Shown: in pieces, positions 24,797 through 35,126 of the stretch
Layout of the letters: each line of letters starts with the position of its first letter
Position numbering within the stretch: the stretch's first letter is position 1
IMG/VR virus record: IMGVR_UViG_3300030090_003175
Coordinates: 1-46,752 of that record
DNA: 46,752 nucleotides
Reading direction: 5' to 3' (one strand)
From: a virus
Taxonomy: Duplodnaviria > Caudoviricetes
Notes under the pieces: generated by a model
What the model saw: only the letters and a program-made list of their open reading frames with translations
The model's database searches: none
Told to the model about the DNA's origin: nothing
Translations under genes and position numbers: made by a program

Positions 24797-25241
24797 AATG
24801 ATTGACATATATAATTTAGCTGGCGGAGAGGCCATGATAATGAAAGGAGATGAGTGGATGCCATTAACAGAGGGATATTGCAAAGGATTTGACCTTGATT
24901 TAGAGTTTGGTAAAATGGGAGAAGAATTTGTAGAAGAGGTATTTGAAGGTAACAGTAAAATAGAAGTAAAAACAGAAAGAGACATTTGGAAAACTACTGG
25001 TAATATTGCCATTGAAATTAGATGTAGTGGTAAGCCATCTGGCTTATCTACCACAGAATCAACCGCCTGGATACATTTATTGGCCTATAATGGGCAAATA
25101 GAGGGCGGATTTATATTTAAGGTAGACCAACTTAAGGCTAAGATAAAAAACCTTCAAAAAGAGGGTAATTTAAAAATGGTTATGGGTGGTGATAATAATG
25201 CAAGTCAAATGGTTCTATTGCCAATCAAGGAATTATTTTAA
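24774..25241 (+). CDS. PD-(D/E)XK-like phage protein (start uncertain)
   Basis: FDLDLEFGKMGE...IEVKTER...TGNIAIE...PSGLSTT. Confidence 0.6.
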   Translation: MSMKQKIKMIDIYNLAGGEAMIMKGDEWMPLTEGYCKGFDLDLEFGKMGEEFVEEVFEGNSKIEVKTERDIWKTTGNIAIEIRCSGKPSGLSTTESTAWIHLLAYNGQIEGGFIFKVDQLKAKIKNLQKEGNLKMVMGGDNNASQMVLLPIKELF

Positions 25242-28200
25242 TATTTTTTTTGTTCCCATTTAAAATCTTTAACTAAACTCCCAATGTTTAATTCTTTCCA
25301 ATATTTAGGAACTTTAGACATATAAAGTTTTAATCTATCATTGTATTCTGTTTCTATTTCAAATAATCTAGGTATTAAAATATCTGATTCTTTGTGATTT
25401 TTTAACCATTTTATAAATTTAACAGATGATTTATTTGCTTTTGCAGTTGTTTTAAACAAACTTGCTTTATTAGGATTCATTGCTTTTAATTTTCTTTGTA
25501 TAGAACTTTCAGCCATTTTAAATGCTTCATCAATACCGTCTGCTCTGTTTGTTCTGTAATAATCGTGAGCAATAGCAATAAATGTTAAACCAAGTTGTTT
25601 AGCAAACTCTTTTTCATCTCCAGTATAAAACACAGTAGATAAATCTTTAAAATATTTAGTTCGTGATGTAGACTCTAGTGTTATATTTGGATTTTCAAGA
25701 ACATCTTGTTCATATTCTCCATATAATTTACCAAACCTTATCCTATCTTTATTTAATGGATTTAAAGTTCTGTCTTTTATTTTTATATAATTATTATATC
25801 CAGATAGATTCTTTTTAACTATATCATTAAAAGCTTGAGATTTAGTTACTTTTCCATCTTTTAATTGGTCAATAGATGTAAGAATAGAACCCATAGAATT
25901 CCAAATAGCTGGATTTAAACTATCGGTGTTGTCAAATGGTGACATCCAATCTGATAATATACCCATGAATTCACCTTTCCATAAAATAGTTTTAAATCTT
26001 GTAAACCAATCAGAATTTTCTTTAGGCATTTCAGTTCCTAATATATTAGAATAAATTCCAATCATTGTTTGACCTGTTAAATATGTAGCAGTAACACCCA
26101 TTATTGGTTTAATGATATTCTTTTCTTTTTTTGCCTGTTTTACATTTTTTATAGTATTTGATGTTGCTGCAAAGGCCATTCTTTTAAATAATGTAAGTGG
26201 TTTCATTCCTCTTGTTCCAGCCCATTTTGGCATAAATAAATCAGCACTTGAGCCTTGTGTTTTAACGTGAGCTGCTGTATTCATTATCTGATGTATATTA
26301 TCAAGATTTCTTTGTGTTTTTAATTTTTCAAAACCAGTTAAATAACCTTCAACACCTTCCCTTGAACCGTATTTAGCAAGAAGTTTAATATCTTTTTCAT
26401 TTACATTGTAAAATTTTAATCTTGTTTCTGCTTCATTATATTTTTTACTTCCAGGTTTAAAGTTTTTAACAGTTTCTATCTGTCTATTAATATCATATTT
26501 AGCAGCAAATATACTTGCAAGTCTGTTGTATCTTTCTGTTGGTTTCATAAATCCAAATGTAAACGCAAATTCTGACAACATATTACCAACATTTCCAAGT
26601 TTTGTAGTAGAAGTAGCTTCATATATTTTATTACCTACACCAAAAGCATTTGTTGCTAAAGCTTCATTGTATTGTTTAGCATCTGTAGTAAATACTTTAA
26701 GCATTCCTCTACCCCAGTCATATGCGCTTTGTGCATATAAACCCTGAGTTTGACCAGCAAGAAAGTTTTTTGCGCCAGCAGTTGGAAATGATAAACCTGT
26801 CTTAGCTAATATTCTTGCAGCAGTTTCCATACTTCTATATGTTATATCATATGGATTACTACTATTTTCCATGCCTAATTGTTTTAGGAAAGATTCTTTA
26901 ATCCATCTTCCCATAACTCTTGTTTTACCTTCTCCAGTTTCAAGAGATGCTAATAATTTTTTTACTCCAGGCCTTCTAAACCCTTCAAAAGTAACCATTT
27001 CAGGGAATATTTCAAGTGTTGAATAAAATTTAGACATTCCCCATACATAAGGTTTTACAGTTCTGTCAAATTTATATTCATATGTTCTTTGTAATTTTCC
27101 ATTTGAATCTGCAGTATAAAGTTCTTGCAATGAATATCTTTTCTTTAAATGTTTTATAGATAACTTTGATGGATTAAAATTTAACATATCATCAAATTTA
27201 ATTGCAGCTAACCCAATAGCTCTTTCTCTCATATTTTCTACAAGACTTAAATCTTTATTAACATTATCTTTACCGTATTTTTTATAAGCTTCAGATAAAG
27301 CTATTTCATCTATCATAGATTTCATTGCTCTGTCTCTTGCCTCTCCAACTCTTAATTGTGTTTTCCCATGCGTTGTAAAATTACGAGCAATATGTGTACC
27401 TAAAAAATTTATTTGAGAATTATTTAATATATCTAAATATTCAGCTTCACTTGCAGATTTTTGTCTAATAGCATCTTCTAGTTTTTTCTGACCAAAACTT
27501 TCACTAAGCTTTATGTATTCATTAGCTACCTGACCTTCTTTAGTTTCTAAATTTATATATTTTTTTAAATCAGCTCCACGAGATACTTTATCTTTACCTT
27601 CTTTTACAGTATCAAACCATTCTTTTTTAATTGCTTTTTTAAACCATTTTTCACTTTTTACAAAATGAGCTTTATCAGGTATGTTTTGATTCATAAACTT
27701 TTGTTGAGCTAGATACATTTCTCCCCTATTATCTAATGTCCATACATAATCATTTGCTTTTCTCAATTTAGATTCTCTTGTACCAGGTAAACCTCCGAGT
27801 ATTTTTTTTACATTTCTTTCATAAAATTGCAAAGGAGCTTGATTGCCTTGTTCTGTTGCATAATGTTTATTCATTAAATAACCTAATTTTTTAAATCCAA
27901 CATTTTTAATTGCATCCCCAACTTCTCCCATTAAAAATAAACCTTCAGTAAATATTTTAGTGCTGGTTTTTGCTGTTTCTAAATTTACAAATTTATTCAA
28001 TTCACTTTTTGTTACCCACGTCATATTGTCTCTTTCAACAGCTTTTAATTGATATATATAATCTTTGTAAGATTTAAGCTGTTCAAGATTTGCACTAAAT
28101 AAGCTGCCATCTTTAACACCAAATACATTTTTTAATAATTTAGATTGACCATCTGGAGTTATTCCTTTAACAATCCTTGAATATTGAGCTTGTGGTAATG

Positions 28201-31200
28201 TAAAATCTACTATATCAGAAGCATCAATTTGTCTAATAATTTTTAATTTTTCTAATGTATTTTTTTTAGAAGTGAATTTATTAAGGTCAAATGATTGAAA
28301 CGCATTGTAAAATTCAACAATTTGTTCTTTTTTATTTATATATGCATCAGAAAGTTCATCTTTTGGTAATCTTATATTAAATTGTTTAGGTTTTTCTATA
28401 CCAATTTCATCTGCAATAAACTTTATGAGGTCTTTATCTTTAATACCCATTTCTTTTGCAGCTATTCTTACATCTCTACTAACAACATTAACAAACTTTT
28501 GTGTTGGAAGTTCCATTGCTTTTAAATATTCTCTACCTGCAGATACCCCCTCTACTTTAGGTATACCTTTTCTTTGTATAATTCTACTGCCAAGAATAAA
28601 AGCAATTTCATTTTTATTTAATGGTTTGTAAAACAATTGTTTAAAAAATACATTCAATCTTTTAAAAAATGATTTTGCTTTAGCTAACATAGGTTTTTGC
28701 AATTGACCGTCAATAGCTTTACCAATCATTGTAACAGCACTTTCTTCATTAAATTTACCATCTTTATCAACAAATATTTTTTTAGCTTCATTAACTAATT
28801 TTAAAGTATTTTGTTCTTGTCTTGGCAAATTTCTCATTTTAAAATGTTTTTGTAATGCATCCATTACTTTAAACATATAATGTGATACTTCGTGTGGGAT
28901 AGCATCAGATGGTGCTTTACCCATTTTAACTCTAACAGTCCAGTTTTCAAGTTTTTCAAGATAAGCAACAGCATCTTTTGGTATAGATTTATCTTTAAAT
29001 TCTTTAACTAAATCAATAACAAGTTCTGGATATTTTGCTCCTAAAGCTTTTCTATGAGAATATTGTATTTCTTTAGATGTATTGCCTTTGATTTCATTTA
29101 ATCTTAAAAATTCTCTTTGAGTTTCTCCTGGTATAGGTGAATTAATTTTTTTATGAAGTGATTTTTGTAGCTCTATATGTTTATCAATGCTTAAAGTCTT
29201 ATATATAGCATCAATTCTATTTCTGTTATGACCAAACATATAATCTTGTGTTGAAACATCTGAGTATTCAAGTTTACCTACAGATTTTCCTCTTCTTCTT
29301 AAATCATAAAATGGGTCTTTATTATCACTTCCAATTTTATTTTTAATTAATTGCCCAACTTTAGTCATTTTACCTTTTAGGGATTTTCCTTCTGCAACAT
29401 ATTTAATTAATTGATTTGCTAATTCTTTGTCAATAAATACAATTCTATCAAATGTTTTTGATATAGTTTTAGATGGCATATCAAGATAATATTCTCCTGA
29501 TTTTTTATCAAATTTTAATATTTTATCTAAAGAAGCAGAATCTTTAGCTAATTCAGCTATTTTATTTATTTCTTGATTTCTTATATAATATCTTGCTCCA
29601 AGTTTAGCAGCTATTTCCATTCCTTCATCTTGAGTTTTAATAGATTCTTTTATTATATTTTTTCTTATTCCATCTTTTGCTGGATTTTTACCTTTTGCTG
29701 TGTACTCATTATATTCAGAAAATTTAGATTGAGCAAATTCTTTTAATTCTATACCAATTTTTCCTTTTACATATTCTTCTTTAAGTAAGAAATCACTTAA
29801 TTGTTTTATTGCATTAGCTCTAGTTGTACTTGGTAAATTTTTACTATATTTATCAAAATAACTTGCAATATCTTTCATTTTAATTTTTGTAATATCTGTA
29901 TTAGATTCTTTTAAATGAACCATAAATTTAGAAATTTCATTTATAACTGCATTTTTATCTTGTTTGTTTTTACTTATATAATTAACAGCAAAATCAACAA
30001 AAGCTACTTTATCAATTTCATTCATATTTTCTAAAGATTGTTTAACAGTTGTACTTCTTTTATTTCTTATTTGTTTAATTGAAAATTCTCTTTCAGGAGC
30101 AGAAAGTTCTGTAATTGGAGTTTCTTTATTTAATATTTTTTTAGAATTAGTTAATTTAGTTTCAAAAACAGGCTTACTCATTGGCATTCCTTCAGTAGCA
30201 GGAGCCATAATATCAATCTTTTCTTCTAATGGTTTAACAGCTTTTTTTACTACTTGGGTCATTATATTAGCATTTATTTCTTTTCCGCTTTGATTAACGT
30301 CTCCTAAATTAACACCAGGTTTTATTGCTTTTCCTTCAGCTATCATTGCATCAACTTCTGATTTTGATGCAGTTTTTACAAGTCTTTTTCCATCAGCTGT
30401 AAATATTGGCTTTCCTTCTGGACTAATTGGAATATATGATACTTGACCTTCTTGTGTTGCAACTGCTTCTTCTTTATTAATAACTTCTTTTGTTTTGTTA
30501 ATTAAAGATTTACCTGCTTTATTTGCTGCTTCTTTTGATGTAAAATTTTTCATATAATTTGGTAGTTCAACTTTTATTCCGTCAGGAGTTTCAAATATTA
30601 ATTCAAATTTTCCATCCTTACCTGCTACTGTATATTCAAAATTTTCACCATATAATTTTTTAACTTTAGATATTGCATTCTTATCACCATTCATTAAAAG
30701 ATTCATAACTTCATGAGATTTTTCAATTAATGATAATCTGTTTTTAATTATATTGTCAACAACTAATTTATCTGCATTTGTTTTAATTTGGTCTTTAAAA
30801 GCTTCATATCCAAGTTCTTTGTTGTTTTTCATTTCAGAATATATTGAATGTAAAATAGATTGTAAAGCGCCTATATCTTTAATCAATTTAGCTTGAGATT
30901 CTTTTGGTAATTTTGATGGATTATTATTGTCAAGTTGTTTTAACAATTCATTATACTCTTTTAATGATTTTTTTAATTCTTTAATACCTTCTGTATTTTT
31001 TACTTTATTTAAATCTATTTCTGCTATTTTTTTTGTTATTTCATTAGTAGATATTCCCTGTTCTATTAAAGATTTTTCAACAGATTCTAATGATTCTTTT
31101 GCTTGTTGGTCAGGTGTTTTTACTTTTTTATTTGTATTAACAGGTTTATAAACTTCTTTCATAAATTCAGCTTTAGCTTTTTCATATCGACTTAAATCAT

Positions 31201-32200
31201 TTTGACCAAGTCTTAAAACTTTTGTAGAAAGCCTCATTCCTCCAACAATACCTGTGTTCATGAAAAATCCAGATAAAAAATCATCTGATGATACTGGTTG
31301 TCCTGCAATAGCTTGTTCTAATACTTGACCAGTTGTAAATACAGAAGCTTCAGCCGCTACTTGTCCAACAGGATTCATTGTTAAACGTGTTAATTTATTT
31401 GCAAAATTCTTTGATTGAGCAGCTTGAGCTTTAGCAAATTTAGGAGCCATTATACCTTTTGTGTAATATCCAGCAACAGAACCTAATGCTATATTACTTG
31501 CTCCATGTTTAGCAGCTGCATAAGATATTTCCCAAGGATTAAAAGAATTTCTTTCACCTCTAGCTATTTCGCTACTTTGTTTTGCTGTTTCATGCAATGT
31601 TCCATGAGTTGCTCCAAGCATTCCAAGACTAAGACCAGATTCAAGTCCTGCTTGTCTAGCTAAATATTTATGAAATTGTTGACTAACACCTTTTTTAGCA
31701 GCTTGTTTTTTCATCATTTCTTGGCTGCCTGTTAAAGCCCATTTTTTTAATGTAGACTTTCCTATTGATTTAGCTGCTGCACCACCAATAGCTCCACTAC
31801 CAAAAAAAGATACAACATCAACAGGAGATGCTAATCCAACAAAAAATTGTCCAACTTCATCCCACCAACCTTCAGCCTCACCTGCATCTTCATATTTTTT
31901 TTTACCATTCATTATTTCATAAATAGTACCAGCTGTTGATTTATTATAAGCTTGTTGCGCCCATTGACTATCTTCTGCAAAATTATCAGCTAAATTATAA
32001 GTTAATAACTTTCGCCACATAGAAGGGTCTTGCTCTTCATATTTTGGTGTTTTTTGTTCGTTTAAGTTTTGAAAAGGATTTTCAGGATAGTCAAATTGTG
32101 TATATTTTCTTTTTAAATATTCATATATATCATAATCGGATTGATTATTGTCTCCATATGTACCTTTATACCATTCTATTGCTTTTTGAGGATTAATCAT
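25238..32200 (-). CDS. Giant internal virion/ejection (polyvalent) protein with embedded tyrosine-recombinase and zincin-metallopeptidase domains
   Basis: 2320 aa, last of four internal-protein genes; Gly/Ala hydrophobic helices at about aa 110-330; IRNQEI, SKTFDRIV, YDLRR, FGH-8x-Y; HEVSH; helical C-terminal domain. Confidence 0.8.
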   Translation of the reverse strand: MINPQKAIEWYKGTYGDNNQSDYDIYEYLKRKYTQFDYPENPFQNLNEQKTPKYEEQDPSMWRKLLTYNLADNFAEDSQWAQQAYNKSTAGTIYEIMNGKKKYEDAGEAEGWWDEVGQFFVGLASPVDVVSFFGSGAIGGAAAKSIGKSTLKKWALTGSQEMMKKQAAKKGVSQQFHKYLARQAGLESGLSLGMLGATHGTLHETAKQSSEIARGERNSFNPWEISYAAAKHGASNIALGSVAGYYTKGIMAPKFAKAQAAQSKNFANKLTRLTMNPVGQVAAEASVFTTGQVLEQAIAGQPVSSDDFLSGFFMNTGIVGGMRLSTKVLRLGQNDLSRYEKAKAEFMKEVYKPVNTNKKVKTPDQQAKESLESVEKSLIEQGISTNEITKKIAEIDLNKVKNTEGIKELKKSLKEYNELLKQLDNNNPSKLPKESQAKLIKDIGALQSILHSIYSEMKNNKELGYEAFKDQIKTNADKLVVDNIIKNRLSLIEKSHEVMNLLMNGDKNAISKVKKLYGENFEYTVAGKDGKFELIFETPDGIKVELPNYMKNFTSKEAANKAGKSLINKTKEVINKEEAVATQEGQVSYIPISPEGKPIFTADGKRLVKTASKSEVDAMIAEGKAIKPGVNLGDVNQSGKEINANIMTQVVKKAVKPLEEKIDIMAPATEGMPMSKPVFETKLTNSKKILNKETPITELSAPEREFSIKQIRNKRSTTVKQSLENMNEIDKVAFVDFAVNYISKNKQDKNAVINEISKFMVHLKESNTDITKIKMKDIASYFDKYSKNLPSTTRANAIKQLSDFLLKEEYVKGKIGIELKEFAQSKFSEYNEYTAKGKNPAKDGIRKNIIKESIKTQDEGMEIAAKLGARYYIRNQEINKIAELAKDSASLDKILKFDKKSGEYYLDMPSKTISKTFDRIVFIDKELANQLIKYVAEGKSLKGKMTKVGQLIKNKIGSDNKDPFYDLRRRGKSVGKLEYSDVSTQDYMFGHNRNRIDAIYKTLSIDKHIELQKSLHKKINSPIPGETQREFLRLNEIKGNTSKEIQYSHRKALGAKYPELVIDLVKEFKDKSIPKDAVAYLEKLENWTVRVKMGKAPSDAIPHEVSHYMFKVMDALQKHFKMRNLPRQEQNTLKLVNEAKKIFVDKDGKFNEESAVTMIGKAIDGQLQKPMLAKAKSFFKRLNVFFKQLFYKPLNKNEIAFILGSRIIQRKGIPKVEGVSAGREYLKAMELPTQKFVNVVSRDVRIAAKEMGIKDKDLIKFIADEIGIEKPKQFNIRLPKDELSDAYINKKEQIVEFYNAFQSFDLNKFTSKKNTLEKLKIIRQIDASDIVDFTLPQAQYSRIVKGITPDGQSKLLKNVFGVKDGSLFSANLEQLKSYKDYIYQLKAVERDNMTWVTKSELNKFVNLETAKTSTKIFTEGLFLMGEVGDAIKNVGFKKLGYLMNKHYATEQGNQAPLQFYERNVKKILGGLPGTRESKLRKANDYVWTLDNRGEMYLAQQKFMNQNIPDKAHFVKSEKWFKKAIKKEWFDTVKEGKDKVSRGADLKKYINLETKEGQVANEYIKLSESFGQKKLEDAIRQKSASEAEYLDILNNSQINFLGTHIARNFTTHGKTQLRVGEARDRAMKSMIDEIALSEAYKKYGKDNVNKDLSLVENMRERAIGLAAIKFDDMLNFNPSKLSIKHLKKRYSLQELYTADSNGKLQRTYEYKFDRTVKPYVWGMSKFYSTLEIFPEMVTFEGFRRPGVKKLLASLETGEGKTRVMGRWIKESFLKQLGMENSSNPYDITYRSMETAARILAKTGLSFPTAGAKNFLAGQTQGLYAQSAYDWGRGMLKVFTTDAKQYNEALATNAFGVGNKIYEATSTTKLGNVGNMLSEFAFTFGFMKPTERYNRLASIFAAKYDINRQIETVKNFKPGSKKYNEAETRLKFYNVNEKDIKLLAKYGSREGVEGYLTGFEKLKTQRNLDNIHQIMNTAAHVKTQGSSADLFMPKWAGTRGMKPLTLFKRMAFAATSNTIKNVKQAKKEKNIIKPIMGVTATYLTGQTMIGIYSNILGTEMPKENSDWFTRFKTILWKGEFMGILSDWMSPFDNTDSLNPAIWNSMGSILTSIDQLKDGKVTKSQAFNDIVKKNLSGYNNYIKIKDRTLNPLNKDRIRFGKLYGEYEQDVLENPNITLESTSRTKYFKDLSTVFYTGDEKEFAKQLGLTFIAIAHDYYRTNRADGIDEAFKMAESSIQRKLKAMNPNKASLFKTTAKANKSSVKFIKWLKNHKESDILIPRLFEIETEYNDRLKLYMSKVPKYWKELNIGSLVKDFKWEQKKY

Positions 32201-33860
32201 ATAAATTTAAATAATGTTCTGAAGGTATTGTTGCTGGTTCTTTTAACCAATATTTTCCGTATTTAAATAACTTAGACATTTCATAGTATTCTTTTTGATT
32301 TTGAGCAATAAATTCTTCAATACTTAAATTTGAATTTTTAAATTTTATTTGAAATTGTCTTAATTTTCTTCTGTTATTTTTTCCAACTACTTCAGTTCTT
32401 GTTTTTTTACCACCAAAAGCAGCAACATTTAAAGCTTGATTTTGATTTATTTCACCTTTTAAATATTTATTCATAGCAATTGCAGATTTATCAACACCAT
32501 CTAATATATTTTCTTTCTCCTTTAATCTATTTTCAAAATCTTTTATTTTGTTTTCAACAAATCCTTTTCTTTGAGGTATTTCATCTTCTAATTCAACTAT
32601 TAAATTTTTTATATTTTCTTTGTCCGATGTATTTAAATATTTTTTATTAAGCTTTTTAAATGGAATGTATTCAGATTTTACATCAAATCCTGCTTTTCTC
32701 ATAGTTTCAGTTTCAATTTTTTGTTGTTTTTTAGATTTTATACCTACGCCTGTACCATCTCCAGCATCAACATCTATTGTATCAGGTATTCCATCTTTAT
32801 CTTTATCTGTATCTTTTTCTTTATAGTCAACATTTAATAAAGAAGTTTTTACTGGTACACCATCAGCAGCATTCTTTAATGCTTCAGCTCCAATTTCATC
32901 AGCTGTTTTAAACTGTCCAATATAATCAGTTCCAGACCAAGATTTATAAGTATCAATTAAACTATTTCTTTCTAATATATATAATTTTTCTATTGCACTT
33001 ATTTCATCTAAATCTGCATTAAAATAACCATCACCTTCAGCTTTATTAACAGCATCACTTACTTGATTATCATTAAGTCCTGCGCCAATTAAAAGTTTAG
33101 TAAGCTCTGATTTATCGCTACCTTTTCTAAGCCCTTCAATTAAACTATCATATTGTTTAATTCCAAATTTTGTTTCATTTACTTTTCTATCTCTTGCTTG
33201 TTTAAATGTATTTCTATCACCCATTATTATTAAATTAGCTTCTTCTGGTGTTATTGTATTATCTCCAATTAAAGCTTCTAATGCAACATTAAGTCTTTTT
33301 TGATAAGCTCCTATTTGTTTCATAATGTTTGAATCATCAATACCTTGTCCTCTTTTTAATCCTAATTTTTGTCCTTCAAGTAAATTCATTCCAATTGATT
33401 CAATTCTTGCATATTCCTGTGAAACCCATTCCATTACACTTTCGTATTTTTGATTGCCATTATCATCTTTTATTGACATAACATTTGCATGCAAATCAAC
33501 AAACTCTGATTCTTTATCTAAAAAATCAGCACTATTTATTATTTTTTCAGCATCATTTACAGATTGTGTGTATTGATTAATTTGTGCGCTTCTGTCTTTT
33601 AATATGTTTCCAATTAAATTATATTGAGTTTCTGTTTCTTGAAATTGAGAAGAATCAGGAGCCATAGATTCATATTGATTTATAACATTGTTTATTGTAT
33701 TTTCGTTAGTAGCATATTTTGATGCTTCTAATATAGAACTTAAATTTGTACTTATTGATTCTTTTTGCCTATCCTGTACTCGATTAATTTGATTTACTAT
33801 TTGTAGTAATTGATTTAACCCAGCAGTTGGGTCTTTTTTCTCAAATCCTTTTATTGCCAT
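32193..33860 (-). CDS. Putative internal virion/ejection protein
   Basis: 555 aa, helical; position equivalent to the T7 gp15 / P22 ejection genes; DKDKDGIPDTID motif. Confidence 0.6.
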   Translation of the reverse strand: MAIKGFEKKDPTAGLNQLLQIVNQINRVQDRQKESISTNLSSILEASKYATNENTINNVINQYESMAPDSSQFQETETQYNLIGNILKDRSAQINQYTQSVNDAEKIINSADFLDKESEFVDLHANVMSIKDDNGNQKYESVMEWVSQEYARIESIGMNLLEGQKLGLKRGQGIDDSNIMKQIGAYQKRLNVALEALIGDNTITPEEANLIIMGDRNTFKQARDRKVNETKFGIKQYDSLIEGLRKGSDKSELTKLLIGAGLNDNQVSDAVNKAEGDGYFNADLDEISAIEKLYILERNSLIDTYKSWSGTDYIGQFKTADEIGAEALKNAADGVPVKTSLLNVDYKEKDTDKDKDGIPDTIDVDAGDGTGVGIKSKKQQKIETETMRKAGFDVKSEYIPFKKLNKKYLNTSDKENIKNLIVELEDEIPQRKGFVENKIKDFENRLKEKENILDGVDKSAIAMNKYLKGEINQNQALNVAAFGGKKTRTEVVGKNNRRKLRQFQIKFKNSNLSIEEFIAQNQKEYYEMSKLFKYGKYWLKEPATIPSEHYLNLYD

Positions 33861-33863
33861 ATA

Positions 33864-34328
33864 TTAATATCCTTTAATACGTTGTGCTGTACTATGCCAT
33901 TGATTAATTAAATCAGAAATCATTCCAATACCTTGTGATTGTTGACCTCTAACATTAGTTAATATATCAGTCATTGATTTACCGTAAACATCTCTTGCAC
34001 CTGCTTGTTGTTTTCCAAATGCAGAAGTTCCTGCAAAACCACCTGCTGCTTGTTGAGCTGCTTGCCCACCAAGACTTTTATATAAACCAGGAAGCATTGA
34101 TTGTCCTTGTGCTTGTATTTGTGGTGCATAAGTAGAAAAACTAGCTCCTCTTAACATTTCAGGTGATATTCCCTGAAACATAATCGCAGGTATATCTTCT
34201 TCAGTTAACCCATATTCTTGTTGAAATGCAGATGCAATTTGTTCTGGTGTTAAATCTGATAATTGTCCAAAACCCATTTGTCCAAAACCCATAGCTTGCA
34301 ATGAATCTAATATACTTTGTTGAAACAT
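33864..34328 (-). CDS. Putative small ejection protein
   Basis: 154 aa, Gln/Gly/Ala-rich (AAQQAAGGFAGTSAFG). Confidence 0.6.
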   Translation of the reverse strand: MFQQSILDSLQAMGFGQMGFGQLSDLTPEQIASAFQQEYGLTEEDIPAIMFQGISPEMLRGASFSTYAPQIQAQGQSMLPGLYKSLGGQAAQQAAGGFAGTSAFGKQQAGARDVYGKSMTDILTNVRGQQSQGIGMISDLINQWHSTAQRIKGY

Positions 34329-34329
34329 T

Positions 34330-35124
34330 TTATTCTCCTAATAATTGTTGCAATAACATTGGTAACATTATTGCGCTTTGTAAATTTTCCATTCCTGTTT
34401 TTAATCCTTTACCACTTGTAATTGATTCTAATATATTTGCAATTCCTGGAGTCGAAGATTCTAAAACTTTTAAAGGTGGAAGATTTTTTGCTTCTAATAA
34501 ACTAGATAATTGTTCTGTTATTTTTTTATCGCTAAATTCAGTTAATCCTTGATTCATTAATTGGTCTTCAGCTTCAACTGTTAAATCTCCTAATTTTTTT
34601 GATGCTTGTATTCCTTCTTTGTATTTACCATAAACACTTGAATCTTTGTCTGCTCCCATTAATTTACTTAAAACCATACTTGATAAACCACTTCCAAATG
34701 CACCTCTAGCTATGTCACCACTTGAAATTTGTGCATCTTCGGCCATTCTAGTAAAATCTTTCATTCCACGTCTTAAAAAAGTATTACCATATCTTTCTTG
34801 CATATCTTTATTAAGAAGCATTTCAGCTCCTCTTTTTTGGTCATATAATTTTTTACCTGAAACAGCAGCACCTGTTAAAGCTGAAATTAATGGTGTTCCA
34901 AATATTGAACCAGCAATTTTTATTGCTTTCAAAATACCTTTGTTTCTGTCAGCTTTTTTTCTTGCATCAGATTGCAATTTTTCAAGTTCATCTTCAAATT
35001 TTTCTTGCATTTCACCCATTTGTTTTGATGTGGCTCTTTGCGATTGTTGTTGTTGAAGATTGCTTTTTTGCATTAAATCTGCAAGACTTGCCCTTACTCC
35101 TGCTATTTGATATGGTGAGGCCAT
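34330..35124 (-). CDS. Putative ejection/DNA-transfer protein
   Basis: Coiled coil followed by Gly/Ala hydrophobic segments (IAGSIFGTPLISALTGAAV; GAFGSGLSSMVL). Confidence 0.6.
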   Translation of the reverse strand: MASPYQIAGVRASLADLMQKSNLQQQQSQRATSKQMGEMQEKFEDELEKLQSDARKKADRNKGILKAIKIAGSIFGTPLISALTGAAVSGKKLYDQKRGAEMLLNKDMQERYGNTFLRRGMKDFTRMAEDAQISSGDIARGAFGSGLSSMVLSKLMGADKDSSVYGKYKEGIQASKKLGDLTVEAEDQLMNQGLTEFSDKKITEQLSSLLEAKNLPPLKVLESSTPGIANILESITSGKGLKTGMENLQSAIMLPMLLQQLLGE

Positions 35125-35126
35125 AG

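Noticed and set aside
25238-32200. Virion RNA polymerase (N4- or crAss-like)
   Set aside because: No DxDGD-type or T7-type polymerase motifs were recognised; the identifiable motifs are recombinase and zincin.
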